From: Litorivivens sp.
GTDB lineage: Bacteria; Pseudomonadota; Gammaproteobacteria; Pseudomonadales; Spongiibacteraceae
Direction: 5' to 3'
Length of the DNA: 59,364 nt
NCBI GenBank assembly: GCA_041619575.1
Contig: JBFKDP010000001.1
Span: forward strand, 1-59,364
Below, in pieces: positions 19,019 to 28,699 of this stretch; the first letter of the stretch is position 1, and every line of letters begins with the position of its first letter. The notes below the pieces were generated by a model, which did no database searches, was not told the DNA's origin, and saw only the letters and a program-made list of their open reading frames with translations. The position numbers and the translations under genes were made by a program.

Positions 19019-20722
19019 TTAATCCTTGGTTGCCAGCAGGGGCTCAAGCAAGTGCCAGGGCCGGCCATCGATCAAATGGGTACGGTGAGAAACCACTTTG
19101 TTTTCAGCGTTTTTCGGATGCAGCACCAGCGGTGTCACACTGCGTGAAGCACCCGCACGGGTCAGCATGGGATAGGTCAGCACACCGTCAAACTGGCGGG
19201 TTTTCCATTCACCGAAAATCGTAAAATCTTCATGCAGGGCTGCGCCGAAACTGTTGCCCAAGGCGGAAGGCTGCATCGCGGCCAGCAGGTTCACCCGGTT
19301 TTCTGCAGCCCGCTCAATCAGGCCCGTGGTCAGCTCCCACGGCTCCAGCGGCATCAATGGCACACTCACCACATCCGCGCCCTGCATGGCGACCAACCGA
19401 AAGGCTTCGGGATAGATAGAGTCGTCGCTGCACATCAGGGCAAGACAACCAAACTGGGTTTTCACGACCTCAAAGCCGTCACTCAACACCGACCAGGCAA
19501 AACGCTTACTGAAATGCACCTGCCCTTGACTAGCGACCAAACCACTAGCACCAATTGCAACCGCGCAATGTTGCCTGCCGCCTGCAACGGGCAGCACCAG
19601 CGAGGTGGTGATCAGCGCATCGCCTGACACTTCGGCCAGTGCCGCGATCGCCGCTTCCGACTCTTTCACGGCGGTATCAGCACTTGCATCGGCAATACAA
19701 AACAACCCCGGCAGCGCGATCAAACGGGCGCCCCCGGATACCGCGTTTTTAACCGCGGCTTTGGCTTCTTCCAGCGCACCCGTGCCGTTGTTTTCCAGCT
19801 GAATAAGGGCAGCAGGTAAGTCTGCCTCAGCGGCAAATACCGGCGCTTCGAGTGATTCGGGGTTTTCACCCAGCGCTGAATAAAGCTCAGGGCGGCGACT
19901 GGAAAAAATATCCGTCCCGTCAGGGCGCTGCTTGTTACGCGCCTGCGCGACATCAATTTCAGCAAAGACGACTTCTTCTTCGCGGGTCTTGGCCATAGCC
20001 AGCACCGTGCCATCTGGCGCGACAATCTGACTCTCTCCCGCGCCGTTGAGAAACTCAACCGGAATATTGGTAGCCGCACTGATGCCATCCATCATGGCCT
20101 CTGGCACCAGCGGACCAACCTTGTTCGCCGCAACCACAAACACTTTGTTTTCTGCCGCGCGCACCGGGATATGCAAGGAGCCTTCATCCGGCGCAAAAGA
20201 GTTCAGACTGTTAAGCATGATATCGGCGCCTCGCAAGGCAAGGCAGCGAGGCGTTTCGTTGATCACGCCGTCCATACACATATACAGCCCGAGACGCCCC
20301 AGCTCCGTATCAATCACCGCGCCGGGCTCGGATGCACGCTCTAGAAAATCGTTCTCGTGGCCAATCAGCACCTGCTTGTCGCTCAGGCCAAGCAAGTCAC
20401 CCGCAGGTGAATAGAGAAGGTTGCTGCCACTGACTTTACCGCCCTCACGCTGCAGTGTGACACCGACCACAACAAAGGCTTCTATTTCCCGTGCTTTGGC
20501 TGCAATGGCTTGCAGGAAGTCACCCTCGATCGTCAAAGACACTCGGTAGCAGTGTTCCGCATCGTCATACCAGGACAGGTGATTACAGAATTCCGGCAAG
20601 ACAACGATGTCGGGGTTCTGCTCGCCAGCCTTGCCCAGTACCCGCAGGCAACTTTCAAGGTTGACGTCGATATCACTGCCCACATGAAACTGCGCGGCGG
20701 CGGCTTTTATACGTTGCTTCAC
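19019..20722 (-). CDS. Two-domain carbon-nitrogen hydrolase (nitrilase superfamily)
   Basis: N domain LPEF/K/CMD triad and RAAENKVF; C domain repeat RAAENRV with degenerate triad. Confidence 0.85.
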   Translation of the reverse strand: MKQRIKAAAAQFHVGSDIDVNLESCLRVLGKAGEQNPDIVVLPEFCNHLSWYDDAEHCYRVSLTIEGDFLQAIAAKAREIEAFVVVGVTLQREGGKVSGSNLLYSPAGDLLGLSDKQVLIGHENDFLERASEPGAVIDTELGRLGLYMCMDGVINETPRCLALRGADIMLNSLNSFAPDEGSLHIPVRAAENKVFVVAANKVGPLVPEAMMDGISAATNIPVEFLNGAGESQIVAPDGTVLAMAKTREEEVVFAEIDVAQARNKQRPDGTDIFSSRRPELYSALGENPESLEAPVFAAEADLPAALIQLENNGTGALEEAKAAVKNAVSGGARLIALPGLFCIADASADTAVKESEAAIAALAEVSGDALITTSLVLPVAGGRQHCAVAIGASGLVASQGQVHFSKRFAWSVLSDGFEVVKTQFGCLALMCSDDSIYPEAFRLVAMQGADVVSVPLMPLEPWELTTGLIERAAENRVNLLAAMQPSALGNSFGAALHEDFTIFGEWKTRQFDGVLTYPMLTRAGASRSVTPLVLHPKNAENKVVSHRTHLIDGRPWHLLEPLLATKD

Positions 20723-20775
20723 AACCTGAATCCCTTTAAATACCTAACATGGAGCGGCTGCCGCCGCTCCTGCGA

Positions 20776-23421
20776 TTAAAAGTACGTGTATTTGACAGTC
20801 AGGCCGTAACTGCGGCGCGTTCCCATACCAACCATGTACTGATTGAACACGCCAATCACAAATGCGCTGGCCGGATAATTCTCGTCGGTAATGTTCTTGC
20901 CCCAGAAGCTAATATCCCAGTGATCATTCGGGCCAAGCGCATTCACTGACAAGTTCGCTACCGTGCGCGCCGGTACCCAGCCCAGATTAAGCGGCGTCAG
21001 GAATTGTTTGGACTGGTAGTTGGCATCCAGGCGACCCGTCAGCAACCAACCAGAATCAAAATCTTTCTGCACGTTGAAACCGATCGACGCCTGCTCTTTT
21101 GAACCCCGGGCCAGCTGGTTGCCACCAACTTCACCATCAGTAGGACAGGTAACACCATCACAGCCGACACCCGTAGACGCGTCGCTACGACCGGGAGAAT
21201 ATTTAACGCCGTCATCGTAGCTGGCGTCGTTATAGGTGAGACCGACATCTACCGAAAAATTGCGGTTAAAGCGGTAAGCCGCTTCAAGCTCAATACCAAT
21301 ACTTGTCGCATCACCGATGTTGGTGACTACATCCGATGAGGACAGCGAAGCCTCCTCGGGCGGCACAGAGCCTTGCAGACCGGTCCAATCTATATAAAAC
21401 AGCGCCCCGTTAAGCGTCAGCGCAGCATTAAGTAGCTTGTTTTTGCTGCCAACTTCATAGGTCCAGTTGGTTGCCTCATCGTATACGAGCTGACTTTCAC
21501 TTTCGGCATTGTTGAAGCCGCCCGTTTTCAACCCTTTGGCAACAGAGAAGTACACCATCTGATCATCATTCAGGCTCCAGTTGACGATCGCTCGTGGCGT
21601 GAAATAGAGAAACTGCTCGTCGTCTTCTTCCACGATAATAGAGCTGGTCACGGTATCAGCCAGGCCCGGCACAACCGGATCTTCCGGCAGGCTGTAGCTT
21701 ACTGACTGCCCAAAAGCGAGACCGAAAGGGTCTGCATGACGGAAGACATATTTGTCCTCATGGGTCAGACGCCCCTCAAAGGTCACATCGATAGTGTCAG
21801 TCACCAGATACGACGTCGAGAAGAACAGAGCCATGATCTCATCTTCAAAACTGGTGTCTTCCAGACGGGTTTTCGCATGCTGGCGAACTACCTGATCGTA
21901 GACGATCCCTGTGGTCAGGCGACCGGGATCCGGCACAGCCGACGATGGCGTAGAAAGCGGCTCATAACAGTTCTGGCGTTGCTCCTCGGTGAACGGCGAA
22001 CACACATCACTGATGAAAACGGTGGAGTGCTCACGGTCTTCGGTCTTGGAATAATAGGCACCTAGGCTGGCACGGAAACGGTCACCACTATCAAAGTCAA
22101 AGCGCAACTCATGAGAAAAGGATTCCAGTACCGAGTTCGGGCGGCCACTGAACGTATTCGAGTACTTGTAACCGTTCGGATCCTGGTTATTGGCAGCATT
22201 CAGAACAAAGTCTGCGGCAATACCGCGGCCCACCATAGGGTCTTCACCACCGGGGCCACCGGTTGAATAGGTCTCGTGATCCGCAAAACCAAACAGGTAA
22301 TGGGCACTCCAGCTTTCGTTCAATTCATAGCCGGCCGTAAATGTAACCACTTCGGTAGAGGCCACCTGACCGATTCCACGCGGGTCGATCAGGATACCAT
22401 CCAGCGTACGCGGACCTTCGGCGCCGGCTGCTGTTGTAGGCAATTCACCGCACCAGGCAGAAAAACCGGAGTGGGCTGCTGTGGGTGAGGGGTTACCGAT
22501 ATCGTTGACCGTACGCCAGTTACAGTTCAAGTCCAACTGATTGTCCAGGCGCAGACCAAAACGGGCTGCGTTAACGCCGGAGATACTGTAGCCAGCTCCG
22601 GTTTCTTTCTCTGCGTTGTTTTTGTAGTAACTGGTACGCAACATCAACCTGTCGGTAGGCTCATACGCGAGCATCAGGCTGTAGATCTCGTCATCCCAGC
22701 CACCAAGGTTTCCGGTTGTGCTCGGACCAGATGGATCGGCATCGGCCATTGGGTGATCATTTTTGGTGTGACCATCATACTGAGAGAACCCAAAGGTGGC
22801 TTTCGCCAGCAGCCGGCCTTCCAGTGCGATGGGGCCATTGAAGCTGGCTTTGATATCCTGGCGCTCATTGTCACCCACGGTAACGGCGACATACGCTTCC
22901 GGCTCTGCCTTTGGCTTGGCGGTAATATAGTTAACCGCACCGGCAAAGGCGTTGCGCCCAAACAGTGCATTCTGCGGGCCCTTGATTACCTCTACCCGCT
23001 CCATATCAATCATGCCCAGGTTCAGCATACTCTGACGCTGCAGATACACACCGTCGATAAAGAAGGATACGTTCTGAATGCGCGAGGTCGTGAACTGCTG
23101 AGCCAGACCACGGATAACCGCATTGCCGTGGTTGCCGCCTGTAATAAAGCTCTCAAAAGTGAAGCCGGGTGTGGCCGCCGCAATATCATCCAGACCGGTA
23201 AAACCGCGACGCTCAAGAGAATCAGAGGTAAAAGGTGTTACCGAGACCGGAATGTCCTGGATGGACTCTTCGCGCTTACGGGCGGTAACCACGATCTCCT
23301 CCAAAGACTTGTCCACGCGCGTTTTCTTCGCTGGCCCCTGCTGCGCTTGAGCCGAGACAGCCATCATTTGTAGACCGACTATACCGGAGAGCAGACCGAC
23401 CGATTTCTTCGTCAAATTCAT
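20776..23421 (-). CDS. TonB-dependent outer-membrane receptor
   Basis: Signal peptide, LEEIVVTARKREESIQD TonB box, ERVEVIKGPQNALFG, C-terminal F. Confidence 0.95.
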   Translation of the reverse strand: MNLTKKSVGLLSGIVGLQMMAVSAQAQQGPAKKTRVDKSLEEIVVTARKREESIQDIPVSVTPFTSDSLERRGFTGLDDIAAATPGFTFESFITGGNHGNAVIRGLAQQFTTSRIQNVSFFIDGVYLQRQSMLNLGMIDMERVEVIKGPQNALFGRNAFAGAVNYITAKPKAEPEAYVAVTVGDNERQDIKASFNGPIALEGRLLAKATFGFSQYDGHTKNDHPMADADPSGPSTTGNLGGWDDEIYSLMLAYEPTDRLMLRTSYYKNNAEKETGAGYSISGVNAARFGLRLDNQLDLNCNWRTVNDIGNPSPTAAHSGFSAWCGELPTTAAGAEGPRTLDGILIDPRGIGQVASTEVVTFTAGYELNESWSAHYLFGFADHETYSTGGPGGEDPMVGRGIAADFVLNAANNQDPNGYKYSNTFSGRPNSVLESFSHELRFDFDSGDRFRASLGAYYSKTEDREHSTVFISDVCSPFTEEQRQNCYEPLSTPSSAVPDPGRLTTGIVYDQVVRQHAKTRLEDTSFEDEIMALFFSTSYLVTDTIDVTFEGRLTHEDKYVFRHADPFGLAFGQSVSYSLPEDPVVPGLADTVTSSIIVEEDDEQFLYFTPRAIVNWSLNDDQMVYFSVAKGLKTGGFNNAESESQLVYDEATNWTYEVGSKNKLLNAALTLNGALFYIDWTGLQGSVPPEEASLSSSDVVTNIGDATSIGIELEAAYRFNRNFSVDVGLTYNDASYDDGVKYSPGRSDASTGVGCDGVTCPTDGEVGGNQLARGSKEQASIGFNVQKDFDSGWLLTGRLDANYQSKQFLTPLNLGWVPARTVANLSVNALGPNDHWDISFWGKNITDENYPASAFVIGVFNQYMVGMGTRRSYGLTVKYTYF

Positions 23422-23541
23422 AGTATCTTCCCGCACGAGATGCTTTTGAAAGTTAAATAAACTGGCCTCAGCCAAACTCCGATGCCCTCCCCCCGGCACC
23501 CATGATGAAACCAGCAGCAAAATACCTGCCAAATCACCATT

Positions 23542-23568
23542 TGTTATAATCTAATATCATTATAGCTT
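23542..23568. promoter_or_regulatory. Putative operator motif TGTTATAATCTAATATCATTATAGCTT
   Basis: Shares 15 nt with 12531-12545; divergent promoter region. Confidence 0.6.
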
Positions 23569-23626
23569 TTAAGTCAACAAGGCGGCATACTGGGATTTCT
23601 GGCCGCAACCACAAGAGCCTGGAAAC

Positions 23627-24286
23627 ATGTATGACGACTACACCGTAGCCCTAGCGCTTTTCGACTATATACCCACGGTATTCACGGCACTGGGCCTGTA
23701 CTGGCTATGCACTTCGCAACTATTTGATTTGTCAGTGATTCGCCGGACGGCGATAGTTGGCGCAGCGATGATCATCAGTGGCGGCTTGCTCAAAGCCAGC
23801 TGGAAACTCATCGTCGCCAGCACGGGCGAACACATTCCATGGATGAACAATAGTCTATTTATTTTTATGGCGCCCGGTTTTGTACTACTGTGTTTCGCGC
23901 TCGCAATTCGCCATAGTCGACCCGTTAGTGTATTAGCCCCTGTGCTCTTTACTGGTGCGATTCTGCTAATTGCCCTGTGTCTTTATCTCGTCTATCCAGG
24001 CCAGCGACTTTGGTTTTTCTGGTTGCTCGCAGTGGTCACGTTGGCCAATACCGGTGTGATTTTCATGCTTGCCCGTGAAGGCTGGAACAACAGCGGCCGA
24101 ATTATCAGCCTGTTATATATTGCAAGTTATGTTGGCACCCTCAGTCTCAGCGGGCTGGCCCGCATACCGGAACAAACAGCCGCACTACAGTGGATAGAAG
24201 AAAGTATAAACGCCGTCGCGCAAGGCCTTTTTTTCGCAGCAAGCCTGCGTCTTAACAAACGTTTAAGGGAGACTCACACCCAATGA
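23627..24286 (+). CDS. Hypothetical multi-pass membrane protein
   Basis: About 7 hydrophobic segments; ATGA-coupled to the MFS gene. Confidence 0.7.
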   Translation: MYDDYTVALALFDYIPTVFTALGLYWLCTSQLFDLSVIRRTAIVGAAMIISGGLLKASWKLIVASTGEHIPWMNNSLFIFMAPGFVLLCFALAIRHSRPVSVLAPVLFTGAILLIALCLYLVYPGQRLWFFWLLAVVTLANTGVIFMLAREGWNNSGRIISLLYIASYVGTLSLSGLARIPEQTAALQWIEESINAVAQGLFFAASLRLNKRLRETHTQ

Positions 24287-25587
24287 CCAGCACTACTGCT
24301 AACCGTTTTTTGGGAGTTCAGTTACTCCCTGATGTGCAACGCTCTCATATGGGTAGCTTTTATGTTGCCTGCATGGCGGGCATTCTGCTATCGACATTCA
24401 TGCCCCAGATGCAGCCCTACCTGCTGTCGGAATTTCTGGATATTCCCCAGGAGAGGCAGGGCGTTGTCAGCGGCAATATCGCATTCTGGGGCGAAATTGC
24501 GATCATTCTGGCCGTTGGTGTATGGGGCTCGCTGTCCGACAAGATCGGCCGCCGACCCGTTATGGCTATGAGTTTTGCCATCATGGCCGTCGCCGTGGTG
24601 CTCTACCCATTTGCGCGAACCTATACCGAGCTGCTGGTTTATCGCGTGTTGTTCGGGGTGGGCGTGGCGGCTTTCAGCTGCATGATTTTCGCCATTATGG
24701 CGGACTACACCGCTGACTCTAGCCGAGGCAAGGCTACCGGCTTTCTCGGCATGGCGAATGGTATTGGCGCACTCATCACCGTCTTTTTCCTGTTGCGACT
24801 GCCGTCAATCTTTCAGGCCCAGGGCATGGATAGCCAAGCTGCCGGTCTTGCCACTTACGCCATCGTAGCAGGGCTTGCGGGGATTTTTTCTCTGTGGATG
24901 TGGTTCGGGCTAAAGAAAACACCGCGCCGAGTCACCATGGAAAACGAAAGTTTTTGGGAAATTACGCGCAAGGGCCTGATGGCCGCAAAAGACCCCGGTA
25001 TTGCCCTGTCTTACGGCGCAGCCTTTGTCTCTCGCGGTAACCTCGCCATTGTAGGCACTTTTTTCACCCTATGGATTGCCAACTATGGCACCAGCGAGCT
25101 GGGACTTTCGCGCGCCGATGCACTGGCGCGGGCGGGCATGATTGTGGGCATTGCCCAAACCATGACTCTGCTAAGCGCCCCACTATTCGGCATACTCTCT
25201 GACAAGATCAATCGCGTCAGTGCCGTAGCACTCTCATTGTTTATTTCATTTCTCGGTTATGGTGGCACCTACTTTGTCACCGATCCTTTCAGCAGCGGCA
25301 TGATTGTGTGCGCGGTTCTTATTGGCATGGGAGAAGTTGCCTGCATCATCACCAGCGGCGTTTTGCTATCTCAGCAGGCCCCGGTGGCAATTCGGGGCGC
25401 GGTGAATGGATTCTTCAATCTATGTGGCGCGCTCGGGATACTGGTTGCCGCCAAAGTGGGCGGCGAACTGTTTGACAGCTGGCGCGAATCGGGCCCCTTC
25501 GTGTTTTTCGGTCTGATCGCTTTTGGCGTGATGATCTGGGCCTTGCTGGTGCGCAATAAAGTAGTCGCGCCAATCGATAACACCTGA
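24283..25587 (+). CDS. MFS transporter
   Basis: GSLSDKIGRR motif A; about 12 TM segments. Confidence 0.9.
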   Translation: MTSTTANRFLGVQLLPDVQRSHMGSFYVACMAGILLSTFMPQMQPYLLSEFLDIPQERQGVVSGNIAFWGEIAIILAVGVWGSLSDKIGRRPVMAMSFAIMAVAVVLYPFARTYTELLVYRVLFGVGVAAFSCMIFAIMADYTADSSRGKATGFLGMANGIGALITVFFLLRLPSIFQAQGMDSQAAGLATYAIVAGLAGIFSLWMWFGLKKTPRRVTMENESFWEITRKGLMAAKDPGIALSYGAAFVSRGNLAIVGTFFTLWIANYGTSELGLSRADALARAGMIVGIAQTMTLLSAPLFGILSDKINRVSAVALSLFISFLGYGGTYFVTDPFSSGMIVCAVLIGMGEVACIITSGVLLSQQAPVAIRGAVNGFFNLCGALGILVAAKVGGELFDSWRESGPFVFFGLIAFGVMIWALLVRNKVVAPIDNT

Positions 25588-25649
25588 GCGGACAGAGCGG
25601 AGCACCGTAGGGAGCTCCGCTCTACGAGCGTATCAGCAGGCCTGAAATA

Positions 25650-26249
25650 TCAAGCGGTCAATAAAACTAAACTGCCTATATGCCGCTTTAAACCTTCCAT
25701 CCGCTGGCCTGCCGGATAATCCCGATCATTTACCCAGCTGAGTATAATCCCCACCGAGGCATTCACCGCCAAATCAGCCACAAACGCCGCGTCAAAATCC
25801 TGTTTCGTGTCATCGCGCGCCAGACAGTCTTCAAAATAGCGATGGGCCGCCCGATGATACTCCCGATACAGCCCGGAATACGTCGACAGATGCATGGTCA
25901 GGTTTTGCATCAGCTGCACAAAGGCTTCGATCTTTTTACCCTGATAAGCCGAAAATGGCAGACTGAGCCGGCCGAAGGTATCATCGAGCCTCTCAGCCAT
26001 GCTGGCCTCCGGCCTTCTGCCCGGATCAAACGCGCGAATTGCGCCGGTGAACATGACCCGCTGGCTCACCTCATCCAGAATCGCCTCTTTACTGGCAAAA
26101 TGGCTGTACAGCGTCTTTCTTGCAACGTCGGCCTGGCCACAGATATCGGCCACGGTGACCTGGCGAATATCCTTTCCGCCCAGCAGCTCGATATAGGCAT
26201 TAATAATTTTTAAGCGATTTTCACGCTTCTGCTCGTCGCGCGTCGACAT
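25650..26249 (-). CDS. TetR/AcrR family regulator
   Basis: VTVADICGQADVARKTLYSHFASKE HTH. Confidence 0.9.
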   Translation of the reverse strand: MSTRDEQKRENRLKIINAYIELLGGKDIRQVTVADICGQADVARKTLYSHFASKEAILDEVSQRVMFTGAIRAFDPGRRPEASMAERLDDTFGRLSLPFSAYQGKKIEAFVQLMQNLTMHLSTYSGLYREYHRAAHRYFEDCLARDDTKQDFDAAFVADLAVNASVGIILSWVNDRDYPAGQRMEGLKRHIGSLVLLTA

Positions 26250-26326
26250 CCCAAACAAACCTAATTAATAACAACGAGTTGCAGAATTTCTCAGACATTC
26301 CATAAAAAATGCGCAGTCCTTTAAGT

Positions 26327-26347
26327 GGGTAGACCCACAGTCTACCC
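26327..26347. promoter_or_regulatory. Putative TetR operator GGGTAGAC-N5-GTCTACCC
   Basis: Perfect 8-bp inverted repeat between divergent tetR and SRPBCC genes. Confidence 0.55.
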
Positions 26348-26411
26348 TGAGTTAACCTAAACCCAAACTGCCAGTCTACTTTCGACAACTCTAACGCGCG
26401 AGAAATGAATC

Positions 26412-26939
26412 ATGTTTGATTGCAAAGTCGTAGATCTCTCCTACCTTGAGACCGCCAAAAACCGCTTCAAGGCCGAGGTAGAAATCGATGCCACCCCCGA
26501 GCAGATATTCGAATCCTTCGAGAACGCCGACGACTGGCCCCGCTGGGCGCCACCGATTCAGAAAGTGGAATGGACCTCCCTCAAGCCTTTTGGCCTGGGC
26601 ACTACGCGAACCGTATCCATGTCGGGCGGCATGGTCGGCGATGAAGTGTTTATTGCCTGGGAGTACCCCAAGCGCATGGCCTTTTGTTTCACCGCCTGCT
26701 CCAAGTCGATGACCGAAAGCTTTGCTGAAGACTATATCGTCACGCCGCTGGCGAACGGTAAAACCCAGGTCACCTGGACCATGGCAATGGATGTAAAAGG
26801 CGCCGGGCGCGTCACCCTCCCTCTCTTTGCGCCTATTATGAAATTCGCCAACCAGTGGATGCTGGGGCGCTTTAAAAAACTGGTGGAAGCCAACGCAAAT
26901 CAGGCGAACCGGCAGGAACCATCAACGGACAACAGATAA
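26412..26939 (+). CDS. SRPBCC/START-fold ligand-binding protein
   Basis: IDATPEQIF..WPRW, GLGTTRTV pattern. Confidence 0.8.
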   Translation: MFDCKVVDLSYLETAKNRFKAEVEIDATPEQIFESFENADDWPRWAPPIQKVEWTSLKPFGLGTTRTVSMSGGMVGDEVFIAWEYPKRMAFCFTACSKSMTESFAEDYIVTPLANGKTQVTWTMAMDVKGAGRVTLPLFAPIMKFANQWMLGRFKKLVEANANQANRQEPSTDNR

Positions 26940-26973
26940 TTATCGGCATTGAGTTAAACGACAGCCTATACGG

Positions 26974-27005
26974 GCCGCAGCGCAGATGTGCTGCGGCTTT
27001 TTTTT
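26974..27005 (+). terminator. Rho-independent terminator
   Basis: GCCGCAGCGCA/TGTGCTGCGGC stem followed by T8. Confidence 0.8.
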
Positions 27006-27024
27006 ATAAGAGTGGATTTTTCGT

Positions 27025-27801
27025 TCAGAATTCTTCCAGCAAGCGCCCCTTTCCGGTGATCTTGTCGTTAATACCGCAGGCGCGCAGGGCATGCCAGATA
27101 GTCGCAACGTTAATCGGCAGCATCGGCTTTTCCAACCAGTGCTCCAGGGTCGGAAACAGATCAACCGTGGACAGGTTTGTTCCACACTGAACGATGGCTT
27201 CCACATCATCGCCATCGGCTTTCTTGACCGCTTCGATCACATCTTTGATGGGGGTTTCTGCTATCGCAGTGGCAGAGGCGCAATTCAAGCCCACAACATG
27301 CTTCACTTCGTAACCAATTTCATCAAAGAATTGCCGCACATTGTCATCACCCACGGGCGGGTAAGGCGTGATAACTGAGATTTTCTTGACGCCAAAGTTG
27401 TCCAGCGCCATGCGCGTTGCACCAGCGCCGGTGGTCATCCCCAGGTCGCCAATCTGATCCTGAATATTTTTTTCAAATTCGACGTTGCCGGCCATACCGC
27501 CCCAAAAGGTTTCCGCTGACATACCCAGCATCAAGTGAGAAATCTTCGCTGTCAGTACATTCTCAATCGCCGGTGTCATATCATCGCGCATCAAGTCAAG
27601 GAAGCGCTCGAACACCGTATTGGGATCATCACCGGTCGCCTCCCCTTCTTCCGCCCAGTTGCGCAGTCGAATCAGAAAACGCGAAGGGTGCCAGGTAACC
27701 CCTTCCAGGCCAAACTTTTGCAGGTCGTACTCCACCCCGGTGTTCGTTGAAGGTATAAGTACACCAATCTGGGCGCGACGGGCGATTTGATAGTTTTGCA
27801 T
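27025..27801 (-). CDS. Asp/Glu racemase-maleate isomerase superfamily protein, copy 1
   Basis: GVLIPSTNTGVE, ITPY, DGDDVEAIVQCGTNL, WHALR. Confidence 0.85.
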   Translation of the reverse strand: MQNYQIARRAQIGVLIPSTNTGVEYDLQKFGLEGVTWHPSRFLIRLRNWAEEGEATGDDPNTVFERFLDLMRDDMTPAIENVLTAKISHLMLGMSAETFWGGMAGNVEFEKNIQDQIGDLGMTTGAGATRMALDNFGVKKISVITPYPPVGDDNVRQFFDEIGYEVKHVVGLNCASATAIAETPIKDVIEAVKKADGDDVEAIVQCGTNLSTVDLFPTLEHWLEKPMLPINVATIWHALRACGINDKITGKGRLLEEF

Positions 27802-27828
27802 AATGGAATCTCTATTTACGTTGTGATC

Positions 27829-27862
27829 CCCTCACCCCAACCCTCTCCCGGGGGGAGAGGGA
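27829..27862. repeat. REP-like palindrome
   Basis: CCCTCACCCCAACCCTCTCCC-GG-GGGAGAGGGA type sequence. Confidence 0.75.
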
Positions 27863-27885
27863 GTAGTGCGGAGCAATGATTAAAA

Positions 27886-28698
27886 TTAGGCGATATCGGC
27901 GAACAGGTCGCGCTTGTTAAATCCTGCCGTCATAAAACGACGAAAGGCTTTTCCGTTGGTGAGCCACTCTACCCGGGCACCATTTTTTCGGGTCTTCAGC
28001 ACCCCATCCACCAGCCAGGGCGTCACCGTTTCTACTTTGTCGCCCAAAATATTGAAAATCTTTTTTGCCTTTTCCCATTCGGGTGTAGCGGTGTCGTAGT
28101 CACCGATCAACAGGTCGGTCACCACGATACCGGGGCTAAGTACGTTCACCTGAACGTTTGACTCTGCCATATCTTTGCGCAAGGCCTTCGCCAGATAATT
28201 CACGGCTCGCTTGGTCGCGCCGTAGGCAGCCATGCCCGGCTGTGCGGCGCCGTTACTGCCAAAGCCTTCCATCACCCAAAACTGACCCGCGCCCTGTTTC
28301 TCCATACCTGCCAGCACAACATTGGCGGCATACAAAACACCATTCAGGTTAATCGCCGTGATACGCGCCAGCTCTTCAGCAGATTGCTGGGTGACGGGTT
28401 TGCGCGGCAGGCTGATACCCGCATTATTGATCCAGACATCCACCGTGCCACACTGGGCTTTGGCAAACTCCCAAAGCGACTTCAGTTGCTCGTGCTCGCT
28501 GATATCACAGGCATGACCTACAACTTTATCTGGCCCGTAACTCGCGGCAAGCTCGGAAACGACTTGATCGACTGCCGGCTGACGAGTCGCGCTGATCACC
28601 ACCTTGCAACCCTGCTTTAGAAAATTCTCGGCCAGACCACGGCCTATGCCGCGCGTACTACCCGTAATAACAATGCTTTTGTTCATTGCAGTCTCCAA
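27886..28698 (-). CDS. SDR, chlorophyll(ide) b reductase NOL/NYC1-like, copy 1
   Basis: ITGSTRGIG, DVWINNAG, GFGSNG..AAYGATKR, LSPGIVVTDLL, KKIFNIL, WLTNGKA. Confidence 0.75.
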   Translation of the reverse strand: METAMNKSIVITGSTRGIGRGLAENFLKQGCKVVISATRQPAVDQVVSELAASYGPDKVVGHACDISEHEQLKSLWEFAKAQCGTVDVWINNAGISLPRKPVTQQSAEELARITAINLNGVLYAANVVLAGMEKQGAGQFWVMEGFGSNGAAQPGMAAYGATKRAVNYLAKALRKDMAESNVQVNVLSPGIVVTDLLIGDYDTATPEWEKAKKIFNILGDKVETVTPWLVDGVLKTRKNGARVEWLTNGKAFRRFMTAGFNKRDLFADIA

Positions 28699-28699
28699 C

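Noticed and set aside
7803-27801. Canonical nicotinate/maleamate (nic) pathway
   Set aside because: No NicAB molybdoenzyme or NicX; the isomerase-like proteins lack catalytic Cys; does not explain the RCCR/NOL-like genes.
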